DNA from: Desulfomonilia bacterium
GTDB taxonomy: Bacteria; Desulfobacterota; Desulfomonilia; UBA1062
Length of the DNA: 64,000 nt
Direction of reading: 5' to 3'
Assembly: GCA_050014195.1 (NCBI GenBank)
Contig: JBEKDT010000010.1
Location: 1 to 64,000 of the forward strand
This document shows, in pieces, positions 37,554-45,541 of the stretch. Position numbers and translations under genes: made by a program. The notes below the pieces were generated by a model, which saw nothing but the letters and a program-made list of their open reading frames with translations, was not told the DNA's origin and made no database searches. How positions within the stretch are numbered: position 1 is the first letter of the stretch; the number at the start of each line of letters is the position of its first letter.

Positions 37554-39647
37554 TCATGAATTAAACGCCATACGCTCAATACTGTGTACGTCCAGGATCA
37601 ATGAAACCCTGCCGTTACCGAGGATGGTGGCGCCGGATGTACCCTCTATCTTTTTGAAATTTTTATCTATGCTCTTGATCACAGCCTGTGTCTGACCAAG
37701 AACGTCGTCTACCAGAATGCCGAACCTGTTCTCAGCACCATGGAGGACCACAACAAGCGCTTCGGTAGGGTCGATCTTGACGGAGGGGAGGTTGAAGAGT
37801 TGATAGAGCCGAACCAGCGGGAGGTAGTCCCCTCTGATGTCCACAAGCTCACCTTTACCCTCAACGGTCTTGATCTCGGTCCGGGCTGGCCGCACGGATT
37901 TGTCAATGACTGAGAGCGGGATAGTGAGCACTTCCGAACCGACTTTTACCATCATGCCGTCAATAATAGCCAAGGTCAGAGGCAGCTTCACTCTGAAAGT
38001 AGAGCCTTTGCCATCCTCTGAGGAGATCTCTACGCTGCCCCTAAGCTCTTCGATATTTCGCTTCACCACATCCATGCCTACGCCCCTGCCGGAAAGCTCG
38101 CTGACACTTTCTGCTGTAGACAGGCCCGGTGCGAAGAGCATATCGAAGATCTCTTTGTCGCCATAGGACCTTCCCACTTCAGCCTGACCTCTTTCAATAG
38201 CCTTGGCCAGCACTCTTTTTTTGTCGATGCCCTTGCCGTCATCAGATATCTCTATGAAGATATTACCCTCACGCTGAAATGCCTTGAGCCATATAGTACC
38301 GACCTCTGATTTGCCTATGCGACGTCTTTCTTCGGGTAATTCGATGCCGTGATCAATGGAGTTTCGGATCATGTGCTTCAATGGATCGCTGATCTGTTCT
38401 ATAACGTTCTTATCGAGTTCGGTCTCGGTTCCGGACATCTTTATCTCTATCTTCTTGCCCAGTTCGAATGAAAGGTCTCTGACTACCCTGCGGAAGCGGT
38501 TGAATGTGCCCTCAACCGGCACCATACGGACCCTCATAACCTGTTCCTGAAGGTCTCGGGAAATACGCTCAAGTGCTGCTATAGCCCCTTGCAGGGAACG
38601 GGAGAGCGTTGAATCGGCGATCTCGCTGGCGCATTGTGACATACGGGCAACGGAGATTACCATCTCACCCACCAGATTTACGAGCTTGTCCAACTTGTCG
38701 GTATCAACCCTGATTGTGGAGGATTTTGTAATCTTCCTGCTCTGGGACTGGGCAAGTGCCATCTTCTCAACGGCATCCTTTGATATCTTACCTTTTTCAA
38801 CAAGGGCCTGGCCCGTAGTCTTGTGCTCTTTGAGCGCCTCTTGAACATCTCTCTCTTTAACAAGGCCTTTTTCCACCAGGATCTCGCCAATCGGCTTTTC
38901 CGCTAATGTGAGGTCAACACCTTCTTTGTACTGGGATGAAATGTCGACAATAGAAATCTCATTCTCATCCATTACAAAGATAAAGACATTATTCACATCA
39001 GCAATGGGTCGTTTTGTGCTCATGATGATTTCCCAGGAGGTATAGCAGATCGTGGGTACAAGGTTGTAGAAGTCAGGGATAGAATCGGTATATACTCTGG
39101 ATTCGATGACTTCGCCGATATCTTTCAGCTCCTGAATGAGCATGATAGGGTCCTGGCCGGTGGCGAGGATATCCGGCCTGAACTTCATGGTGATCGAGAG
39201 GACTTTTTCTCCGATCTTGTCTTTTGCTTTTACCTGCGCCGCTAGGCTGTCAGCGGCGGTTTTAGCAACACCCGAGAACCGTTTGAGCAATTGAGTGGAT
39301 TGCTCAATCTCATTTTTATCGATCTCTTCACCCTCACTGCCGGCGGCGATCATCCTCTTTAAGAAGTCAACCGATGAAAGCAGCGTGGAAATGAGCTTTT
39401 TTGTAATGGTCAGATCCTTTTTCCTGATCCTGTCAAGGATGTTTTCAATAGTATGGGTATAATTGCTGACATTCTCAAATCCGACAAGGCCTGCGGAACC
39501 CTTGATGGTATGGGCTGCTCGAAAGACCCTGTTAATAGTGTCTTCATCCTCACACTCTTCTTCAAGCCTGATAAGGCCCGACTCCAGCTCACGAATCTCA
39601 TCTTCGCTCTCTTCCATGAATATCTTGACGAGCTCATCCATTGCCAT
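37554..39647 (-). CDS. cheA: Chemotaxis histidine kinase
   Basis: FRAAHTIKG, IRVD..KLD.L, HMIRNSIDHGIE, SGRGVGMDVV, LPLTLAI. Confidence 0.96.
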   Translation of the reverse strand: MAMDELVKIFMEESEDEIRELESGLIRLEEECEDEDTINRVFRAAHTIKGSAGLVGFENVSNYTHTIENILDRIRKKDLTITKKLISTLLSSVDFLKRMIAAGSEGEEIDKNEIEQSTQLLKRFSGVAKTAADSLAAQVKAKDKIGEKVLSITMKFRPDILATGQDPIMLIQELKDIGEVIESRVYTDSIPDFYNLVPTICYTSWEIIMSTKRPIADVNNVFIFVMDENEISIVDISSQYKEGVDLTLAEKPIGEILVEKGLVKERDVQEALKEHKTTGQALVEKGKISKDAVEKMALAQSQSRKITKSSTIRVDTDKLDKLVNLVGEMVISVARMSQCASEIADSTLSRSLQGAIAALERISRDLQEQVMRVRMVPVEGTFNRFRRVVRDLSFELGKKIEIKMSGTETELDKNVIEQISDPLKHMIRNSIDHGIELPEERRRIGKSEVGTIWLKAFQREGNIFIEISDDGKGIDKKRVLAKAIERGQAEVGRSYGDKEIFDMLFAPGLSTAESVSELSGRGVGMDVVKRNIEELRGSVEISSEDGKGSTFRVKLPLTLAIIDGMMVKVGSEVLTIPLSVIDKSVRPARTEIKTVEGKGELVDIRGDYLPLVRLYQLFNLPSVKIDPTEALVVVLHGAENRFGILVDDVLGQTQAVIKSIDKNFKKIEGTSGATILGNGRVSLILDVHSIERMAFNS

Positions 39648-39650
39648 GAC

Positions 39651-40028
39651 TTACCTCATAAATTTTTTAGTAACATATACGAGCTGTTCCGGTTTGAACG
39701 GCTTCACGAGCCAACCGGAGGCGCCTGCCTGTTTGCCTTTGAGCTTCATTTCTTCCTGGGATTCAGTGGTAAGAACCAGGATCGGTAAAAATTTGAAAGG
39801 TGTCTTCTTCACCTCCTTGATGAAGGTGATTCCATCCATAACCGGCATATTGATGTCGCTGATGATCATACCGATCTGATCACCGAGCTTGTGGGCTTCG
39901 GTGAGTTTTTCCAGCCCGTCGGCCCCGTTCACTGCATTGATGGTCTCGAACCCTGCCGATTTCAATGTGTAGTTTACCGATGCCCGTAGTGTGGCGGAGT
40001 CATCAACCACGAGGATCTTCTTTTTCAT
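39651..40028 (-). CDS. cheY: CheY-like response regulator
   Basis: VVDDS, SDINMP.MDG, LTTE, GWLVKPF. Confidence 0.9.
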   Translation of the reverse strand: MKKKILVVDDSATLRASVNYTLKSAGFETINAVNGADGLEKLTEAHKLGDQIGMIISDINMPVMDGITFIKEVKKTPFKFLPILVLTTESQEEMKLKGKQAGASGWLVKPFKPEQLVYVTKKFMR

Positions 40029-40330
40029 GGAAGCGCCTCCTTCAAGGCAACGCCGAAGCCGGAGAGGTCAAGGATGTCTCTGATGGATTGATTCAAAGAC
40101 CTGATGTGCATCGAGCCATCAGCTTCAAAGGTTTTTTTAAGGGAAAAAAGGAGCTGCAGCCCTGCAATATCGATCTCCTCAACCTGGCTGATATCGATTA
40201 CGATATTTCGTGAGGACTCCTCGAGAACCGATTCAAGTGCTGAATGTACAACCTCTATGTTTGACACCACAAGGTTGCCTTTGAAGACGATCACGCCCTG
40301 GCTATCAGTGCTGATTTCCATAGTTCTCAC
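40025..40330 (-). CDS. STAS domain protein (no phosphoacceptor Ser; DIAGLQLL)
   Basis: IDISQVEEIDIAGLQLL STAS pattern. Confidence 0.82.
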   Translation of the reverse strand: MRTMEISTDSQGVIVFKGNLVVSNIEVVHSALESVLEESSRNIVIDISQVEEIDIAGLQLLFSLKKTFEADGSMHIRSLNQSIRDILDLSGFGVALKEALP

Positions 40331-40635
40331 CTCATGGATATGGGGAAAAGCTTATCAAGCTTCACAGCCTTGAAGATATTATAGAGGTTTTCGTGGATAC
40401 CCTTGATCTCAAAGCTTGCCTTAGAGCCATCCAGGCTTTTAAAGAACATAAGAATCTTGCCGATGCCGGATGATCCCATGGTGGGAACAAGTGACAGATC
40501 CATCACCACTTTTTTCGGTTTCTGACCGGCAATCTTGTTCAGTTCTGTCCTTAGTATCTCGGCCGCACTGGTATCTACAGCACCGGAGACTTTAATGAAA
40601 AGGGTATCACCAGTTGTTTTTGTTGTTACATCCAT
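40327..40635 (-). CDS. STAS anti-sigma factor antagonist
   Basis: VSGAVD, MDLSLVPTMGSSGIG (D/GSSG-type phosphoacceptor), KLDKLF. Confidence 0.85.
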   Translation of the reverse strand: MDVTTKTTGDTLFIKVSGAVDTSAAEILRTELNKIAGQKPKKVVMDLSLVPTMGSSGIGKILMFFKSLDGSKASFEIKGIHENLYNIFKAVKLDKLFPISMR

Positions 40636-40699
40636 GCAATGCCTCCTAGTTACACTTCTATTCTTGTATCTGAAAGGATATGCTCTTTCATGCCAGTAC

Positions 40700-40727
40700 C
40701 AATCGGAAAGTCAGATCTTAATCTTTA
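40700..40727 (-). promoter_or_regulatory. Sigma-28-like promoter candidate TAAAG-N15-TCCGATTG
   Basis: FliA/SigD-type -35 and -10 elements upstream of the chemosensory operon. Confidence 0.55.
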
Positions 40728-40936
40728 TCTTTATTGTCTTGCAGGGATGATCATGATGAAAGAATACAAAAGGTCAGGAATTTCATGGGGAACATGCACA
40801 TTGACACACGTCAAAATGAGTTATATCTAGATCCGACGGAGAAAGGGGTTATTGGGGTGAAGAAAAGGCAATATTATCAAACCGTATTCTTAAGATCCCT
40901 TGTTAGTATTATTCAAACAATAGGCGGAAAGGCCCC

Positions 40937-41806
40937 ATGAAGCATGCCTTCATCCTCGTAATAACGGGGTTATCCGGCTCAGGAAAGTCTACAGCCCTGA
41001 AGGCAATTGAGGATGAGGGTTTTTTCTGCATGGACAACATGCCTATCGATCTCATGGATAAATTTTTGGAACTTTATGACTCGGCTTCCTTTAATATCCA
41101 CAAAGTATGTATCTGTATGGATGTGAGAGTCGGGGCACCTTCGTTTGCAGAGAAGGCGCCATGGCTTATCTCTAGACTTCGGTCTTTTGCCGATAATGTC
41201 AGGCTTATCTTTTTGGAATCAAGCAAAGAAAACCTCTTAAACCGGTACAAGGAAACCAGGAGACGGCACCCTTTAAGCGATTCTTATCCGAACCTGCTAG
41301 ATGCCATTGAAGCAGAGATTGACCTTATGTCGCCTCTGAGAGGAATGGCGGATATTATTGTGAATACGTCACAGATGAATGTCCATGAGCTTGTAGCTCA
41401 TATCAAAGAGATAACTTCAACGGAAGACAGATCCAGGGACATGTATATTGAGGTGTGCTCTTTCGGTTTTAAAAAAGGTATTCCCATGGATTCGGACATT
41501 GTGATGGATGTTAGATTCCTTCCCAATCCGTATTTTATTGAAGAACTCAAGGATAAGACAGGATCTGACATTGAGGTGAAGGAATACTTAAGCTCGTTTA
41601 ATACCTATACCCGGTTCATGCAAAAATTTGAGGATCTTATTACATTCATCCTCCCGCTTTGCAAAAAAGAGGGCAGGGCATATCTGAACATCGCAATCGG
41701 CTGTACCGGAGGAAGACACAGATCAGTAGCGATTGCCGAAGCGATCAAGGAAGCAATAGAAAATGCCGGATATCCGAGCAGGCTGAAACATCGTGATATC
41801 TTCTGA
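40937..41806 (+). CDS. rapZ: RNase adapter / nucleotide-binding protein RapZ (YvcJ)
   Basis: TGLSGSGKS, ETRRRHPL, SFGFK.G, DVRFLPNP, GCTGGRHRSV. Confidence 0.95.
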   Translation: MKHAFILVITGLSGSGKSTALKAIEDEGFFCMDNMPIDLMDKFLELYDSASFNIHKVCICMDVRVGAPSFAEKAPWLISRLRSFADNVRLIFLESSKENLLNRYKETRRRHPLSDSYPNLLDAIEAEIDLMSPLRGMADIIVNTSQMNVHELVAHIKEITSTEDRSRDMYIEVCSFGFKKGIPMDSDIVMDVRFLPNPYFIEELKDKTGSDIEVKEYLSSFNTYTRFMQKFEDLITFILPLCKKEGRAYLNIAIGCTGGRHRSVAIAEAIKEAIENAGYPSRLKHRDIF

Positions 41807-41820
41807 GGAGGTCCTGGTTT

Positions 41821-42234
41821 ATGGTCGGTATTATTATTGTTGCACACGGTGAACTTGCCCGTGCTTTTGCAGATACAGCCCAGATGATCGTAGGGCCCGC
41901 AGAGGCATTCAAGGCGTGCTCTTTTGTCCAAGGAAGTGATGTGGACAGCCTTCGCAAGATGCTTAAAACCTCAATTAAAGAGGTAAACAGGGGCGCAGGT
42001 GTCATTATCCTTACCGATATGTTCGGAGGGACTCCCTCCAATATAAGTCTCTCATTCCTAGAAAACGCAAAGATCGAGGTGATTACGGGTGTGAACCTCC
42101 CCATGGTAATCACCGCGCTCACAAAGAGATCGGGCAAAGATATAGGAGAACTTGCGCGGATGTTGAAGGAAGGGGGGGCTAAGAATATCCATATAGCTTC
42201 CGAAATCCTTGCAACGAACGTGGCTGAAAAATGA
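41821..42234 (+). CDS. PTS mannose/fructose-type IIA
   Basis: IIVAHG, LTDMFGGTPSN, GVNLPM. Confidence 0.92.
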   Translation: MVGIIIVAHGELARAFADTAQMIVGPAEAFKACSFVQGSDVDSLRKMLKTSIKEVNRGAGVIILTDMFGGTPSNISLSFLENAKIEVITGVNLPMVITALTKRSGKDIGELARMLKEGGAKNIHIASEILATNVAEK

Positions 42235-42719
42235 ATGTAGTACTTGTCAGAGTGGATGACAGATTTATTCACGGGCAGATCCTCGAATCCTGGATACCAT
42301 ACTTAAAAGCACAGGGTATAATCGTTGCCAATGACGGACTTGCCGGCGATCAGATTCAAAAGACAATCATGTCTATGGCAATACCTGAAAGAATCAAACT
42401 TAAGATCGTGTACCTGAAAGATGCAGTACACCTCCAAGGTGACCGGGAGTTAAATGAAAAACGATGTTTGGTAATCGTATCTACTATAAAAGATGCGTAC
42501 CGATTATTTTCATGTGGTTTCACCTTCACCAGACTCAATATTGGGAATAACAAGGCTTCTAACCCTTCAAAACAGCTATCATACTCAGTATGGGTGGACA
42601 GGGAAGACCTCGATTTGGTGAAGACACTCATGGACAAGGGAGTGGAAGTAACGCTCCAGTCCGTACCTCGAGAGCGTCTTATTGACATGAAGTCTATAAT
42701 TGATATGGTAGATTTATGA
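42231..42719 (+). CDS. PTS mannose/sorbose-type IIB
   Basis: VRVDDRFIHGQI, LNIGN. Confidence 0.92.
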   Translation: MNVVLVRVDDRFIHGQILESWIPYLKAQGIIVANDGLAGDQIQKTIMSMAIPERIKLKIVYLKDAVHLQGDRELNEKRCLVIVSTIKDAYRLFSCGFTFTRLNIGNNKASNPSKQLSYSVWVDREDLDLVKTLMDKGVEVTLQSVPRERLIDMKSIIDMVDL

Positions 42720-43390
42720 TTATATCAGGTTTTTGGGGTGTGCTTGCAGGATCTCTCCTCTGGCTGGACAGGGTTTTCATTTTTCAGCTTATGTTCAGCC
42801 GTCCCTTGATTATGGGGCCGATTATTGCTTTTCTCATGGGGGATATGAAGATAGGGATACTTATTGGGGCGTCATTAGAGCTTCTATGGCTTAATGCCCC
42901 GCCTGTGGGGAGTTATCTTCCTAACGATGAGAGCTTCTGTACTGCCGCTGCGGTCCCTGTGGCCGTATTGGCAGGCTCATCCATGGACCATACTGCAGCA
43001 GCAGGATTGTCGATTCTCTTGAGCTTACCGGTCAGCCTTGTCGGCAGATCTCTTGATATACGCTTGCGAACTATCAATGAAAGACTGATTACTCCAGGCG
43101 GCTTGATCTCAGAAAAAGATGTAGCAACGGTAATGAAAAGGGCCGTTGCAAGGACATTCATTGTGGCGTTTGTAGTGCTATCTTCATGTGTAACAGTACT
43201 TGCGGTCATGGCGCATCTTATCAGAACAACTCTACCGGATGCAGCACTTACACCGCTCATGTACATGCCATTTACCTGTATTATCATAGGTCTTGCCGCT
43301 CTTGTCTCCAGGGAGATGCCCAGGAAGTCACATGTAGGTGTATTTATCTTGGGTATGGCCCTTGTACTCCTGCTCACATGGATTCTATAA
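42716..43390 (+). CDS. PTS mannose-type IIC
   Basis: Hydrophobic; SRPLIMGP, G..IGASLELLWL..PPVGS..P. Confidence 0.85.
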   Translation: MIISGFWGVLAGSLLWLDRVFIFQLMFSRPLIMGPIIAFLMGDMKIGILIGASLELLWLNAPPVGSYLPNDESFCTAAAVPVAVLAGSSMDHTAAAGLSILLSLPVSLVGRSLDIRLRTINERLITPGGLISEKDVATVMKRAVARTFIVAFVVLSSCVTVLAVMAHLIRTTLPDAALTPLMYMPFTCIIIGLAALVSREMPRKSHVGVFILGMALVLLLTWIL

Positions 43391-44589
43391 CTATTTGCAA
43401 AGCATCTTCAGAGAATGTCCCGGACATAATAAAAATAGAGTGCATGTCATTTCCATCCCCCTGGGATGAGGAAACATTTATCAACACGCTGGAAGATGAA
43501 AGGTGCATCTCTGCAATAGCTGTTGAGGACGGTATGCTTGTCGGTTATTGTCTTGGCTTGAGACTCACCTCCATGGTTCACATCCTCAATCTGGCGGTGC
43601 ACCCACACTTTCGCAGGTGCGGCGTAGCAAGGCGGCTTATAAAAGAGATACTTATGGACGCCGTTGCTAGAGACAAGATATATGCTGTCTTGGAGGTGAG
43701 AAAATCCAATGTGCCGGCGCGATTGCTCTATGAATCCCTGGATTTTTCTCATGTGAGCACATGGTACAGATATTATACTGATACGAACGAGGATGCAGCC
43801 ATTATGGTGAAGGATTTGAGATCAAATGTGGCTCAGGATGTGGAGTGCACGGTTGTAAGAAATGCCGAAGTAGCAACTCAAACCTTTTATATGGAGCTTG
43901 AGGGAGAGATGCCATTATTCGTGCCGGGGCAGTTTTCAATGGTGCAGGTAAGTAGTGCGAATGATCCGTTTCTCCGGCGGCCTCTGGCAATTCTTGGACA
44001 GAAGAACATGCATCAGGAGTTGCTCTACCGCATCAGGGGAGAAGGTACGAGACTCTTATCCAGAAAAAAGGAGGGAGATAGCATCAAGGTGCTTGGACCT
44101 TTAGGACGAGGATTCACAGGACATGACGGAAAGGATATTATCTATATAGCCGGTGGTACCGGTTTGCCCCCGATCCTCTCTCTTGCAGAGCGTATCAAAT
44201 CCGGTCGTTTTATCATCGGGGCCAAAAATATATATGATATACCTTTGCTTCAGCGGATAAAGGCCATCCCGAAAACCGAGATTATCATAATGACCGAGGA
44301 CGGATCACTCGGAAATAAAGGTATAGCAACAGATGCATTGAAGGATATCACGTTGCACAAAGAAAAAGGTGACGATATGTTTATTTATGCCTGCGGGCCC
44401 GAAGGGCTGCTACGGGAAGTATCCAGGCTTTCGGCAAAGGCGGGAGTCTTGTGCGAGTTTTCACTGGAAGAACGTATGTCATGCGGCTTCGGTGCATGCA
44501 CCAGCTGCGCAGTCAGAACTACAAAAGGCAATAAAAGAGTGTGCCGGGAAGGGCCTGTTTTCAATGCCCTTGAGATCATTTGGAGTTGA
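43378..44589 (+). CDS. rimI-pyrK: Fusion of RimI-type N-acetyltransferase and dihydroorotate dehydrogenase electron-transfer subunit PyrK
   Basis: Residues 1-148: SFPSPW, ILNLAVHP..RR.G.A, LEVRKSN, YY....EDA; remainder: PGQF, LRRP, GPLGRGF, AGGTG, ACGP, EERMSCGFGACTSC...VC.EGPVF; no stop between. Confidence 0.85.
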   Translation: MDSITICKASSENVPDIIKIECMSFPSPWDEETFINTLEDERCISAIAVEDGMLVGYCLGLRLTSMVHILNLAVHPHFRRCGVARRLIKEILMDAVARDKIYAVLEVRKSNVPARLLYESLDFSHVSTWYRYYTDTNEDAAIMVKDLRSNVAQDVECTVVRNAEVATQTFYMELEGEMPLFVPGQFSMVQVSSANDPFLRRPLAILGQKNMHQELLYRIRGEGTRLLSRKKEGDSIKVLGPLGRGFTGHDGKDIIYIAGGTGLPPILSLAERIKSGRFIIGAKNIYDIPLLQRIKAIPKTEIIIMTEDGSLGNKGIATDALKDITLHKEKGDDMFIYACGPEGLLREVSRLSAKAGVLCEFSLEERMSCGFGACTSCAVRTTKGNKRVCREGPVFNALEIIWS

Positions 44590-44591
44590 GC

Positions 44592-45503
44592 ATGGATACA
44601 TCAGTCAGGATTACTTCCGGGCTTGTACTGAAAATTCCTCTGATGAGTGCATCCGGGACCTTTGCTTATGGGGAGGAGTTTTCCGAGTTTTTTAATCTGG
44701 GGCTGCTTGGAGGTGTCGTCACCAAGGGACTGTCCATTGAACCAAAGGAGGGTAATCCCACACCACGGATTGTAGAGACCCCCTGCGGCATGATAAATTC
44801 CATTGGACTTGAGAATGTAGGCATTCCAATCTTTTTGGAGGAAAAGCTCCCATTCTTAAGAAAGTTTGATACCCATATTATTGTGAACTTCTTTGGTACA
44901 ACTGAAGATGAATACGTCAGAGCTGCCCAGGCCCTTGATAAGGAGGGGATCTCAGCCCTGGAGATGAACGTTTCCTGTCCCAATGTGAAAAAGGGCGGCA
45001 TCGAGTTCGGAAGAGATCCTGAGGGCCTCTATGGTCTTGTAAAGAGGGTCCGCGGGGTTTGTGGAAAACCGCTGATCATAAAGCTTTCTCCCATGGTCAC
45101 CGATATCACGGGAATTGCATTGGCAGTGCAGGAAGCTCATGCCGACGCCATAACATGCATTAATACCCTTCCTGCGATGGCCATTGATGAAAAGACACGC
45201 AGGCCGGTTCTTGGTAATATCGTTGGAGGGCTATCTGGGCCGGCCATCAAACCAGTTGCCCTCAAGATTGTATGGGATGTTTATCGAACCATAAACATCC
45301 CTGTTCTCGCCTCAGGAGGCATTTCAACAGCCCGGGATGTTATTCAGTTCATGCTGGCTGGTGCTACAGCAGTACAGATCGGCAGCACCGCCCTGAGGGA
45401 TCCGTTCTGCTATCTGAAGATTATAGATGGAATCCGTTCATACATGTCGGAATACCATGTCGAGTCCATAACCGATCTCATCGGGGCCATTGAGACCGGA
45501 TAA
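44592..45503 (+). CDS. pyrD: Dihydroorotate dehydrogenase B catalytic subunit
   Basis: ASGTF, GNPTPRIVET, NSIGLEN, NVSCPNV, GGLSGPAIKP. Confidence 0.95.
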   Translation: MDTSVRITSGLVLKIPLMSASGTFAYGEEFSEFFNLGLLGGVVTKGLSIEPKEGNPTPRIVETPCGMINSIGLENVGIPIFLEEKLPFLRKFDTHIIVNFFGTTEDEYVRAAQALDKEGISALEMNVSCPNVKKGGIEFGRDPEGLYGLVKRVRGVCGKPLIIKLSPMVTDITGIALAVQEAHADAITCINTLPAMAIDEKTRRPVLGNIVGGLSGPAIKPVALKIVWDVYRTINIPVLASGGISTARDVIQFMLAGATAVQIGSTALRDPFCYLKIIDGIRSYMSEYHVESITDLIGAIETG

Positions 45504-45541
45504 GAACCCTCCTTCAACATTGAATATGAGGAGGTCTTGTC

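Noticed and set aside
40681-40695. Sigma-54-like TGGCATGAAAGAGCA upstream of the che operon
   Set aside because: GG-to-GC spacing is one base short of the strict -24/-12 requirement
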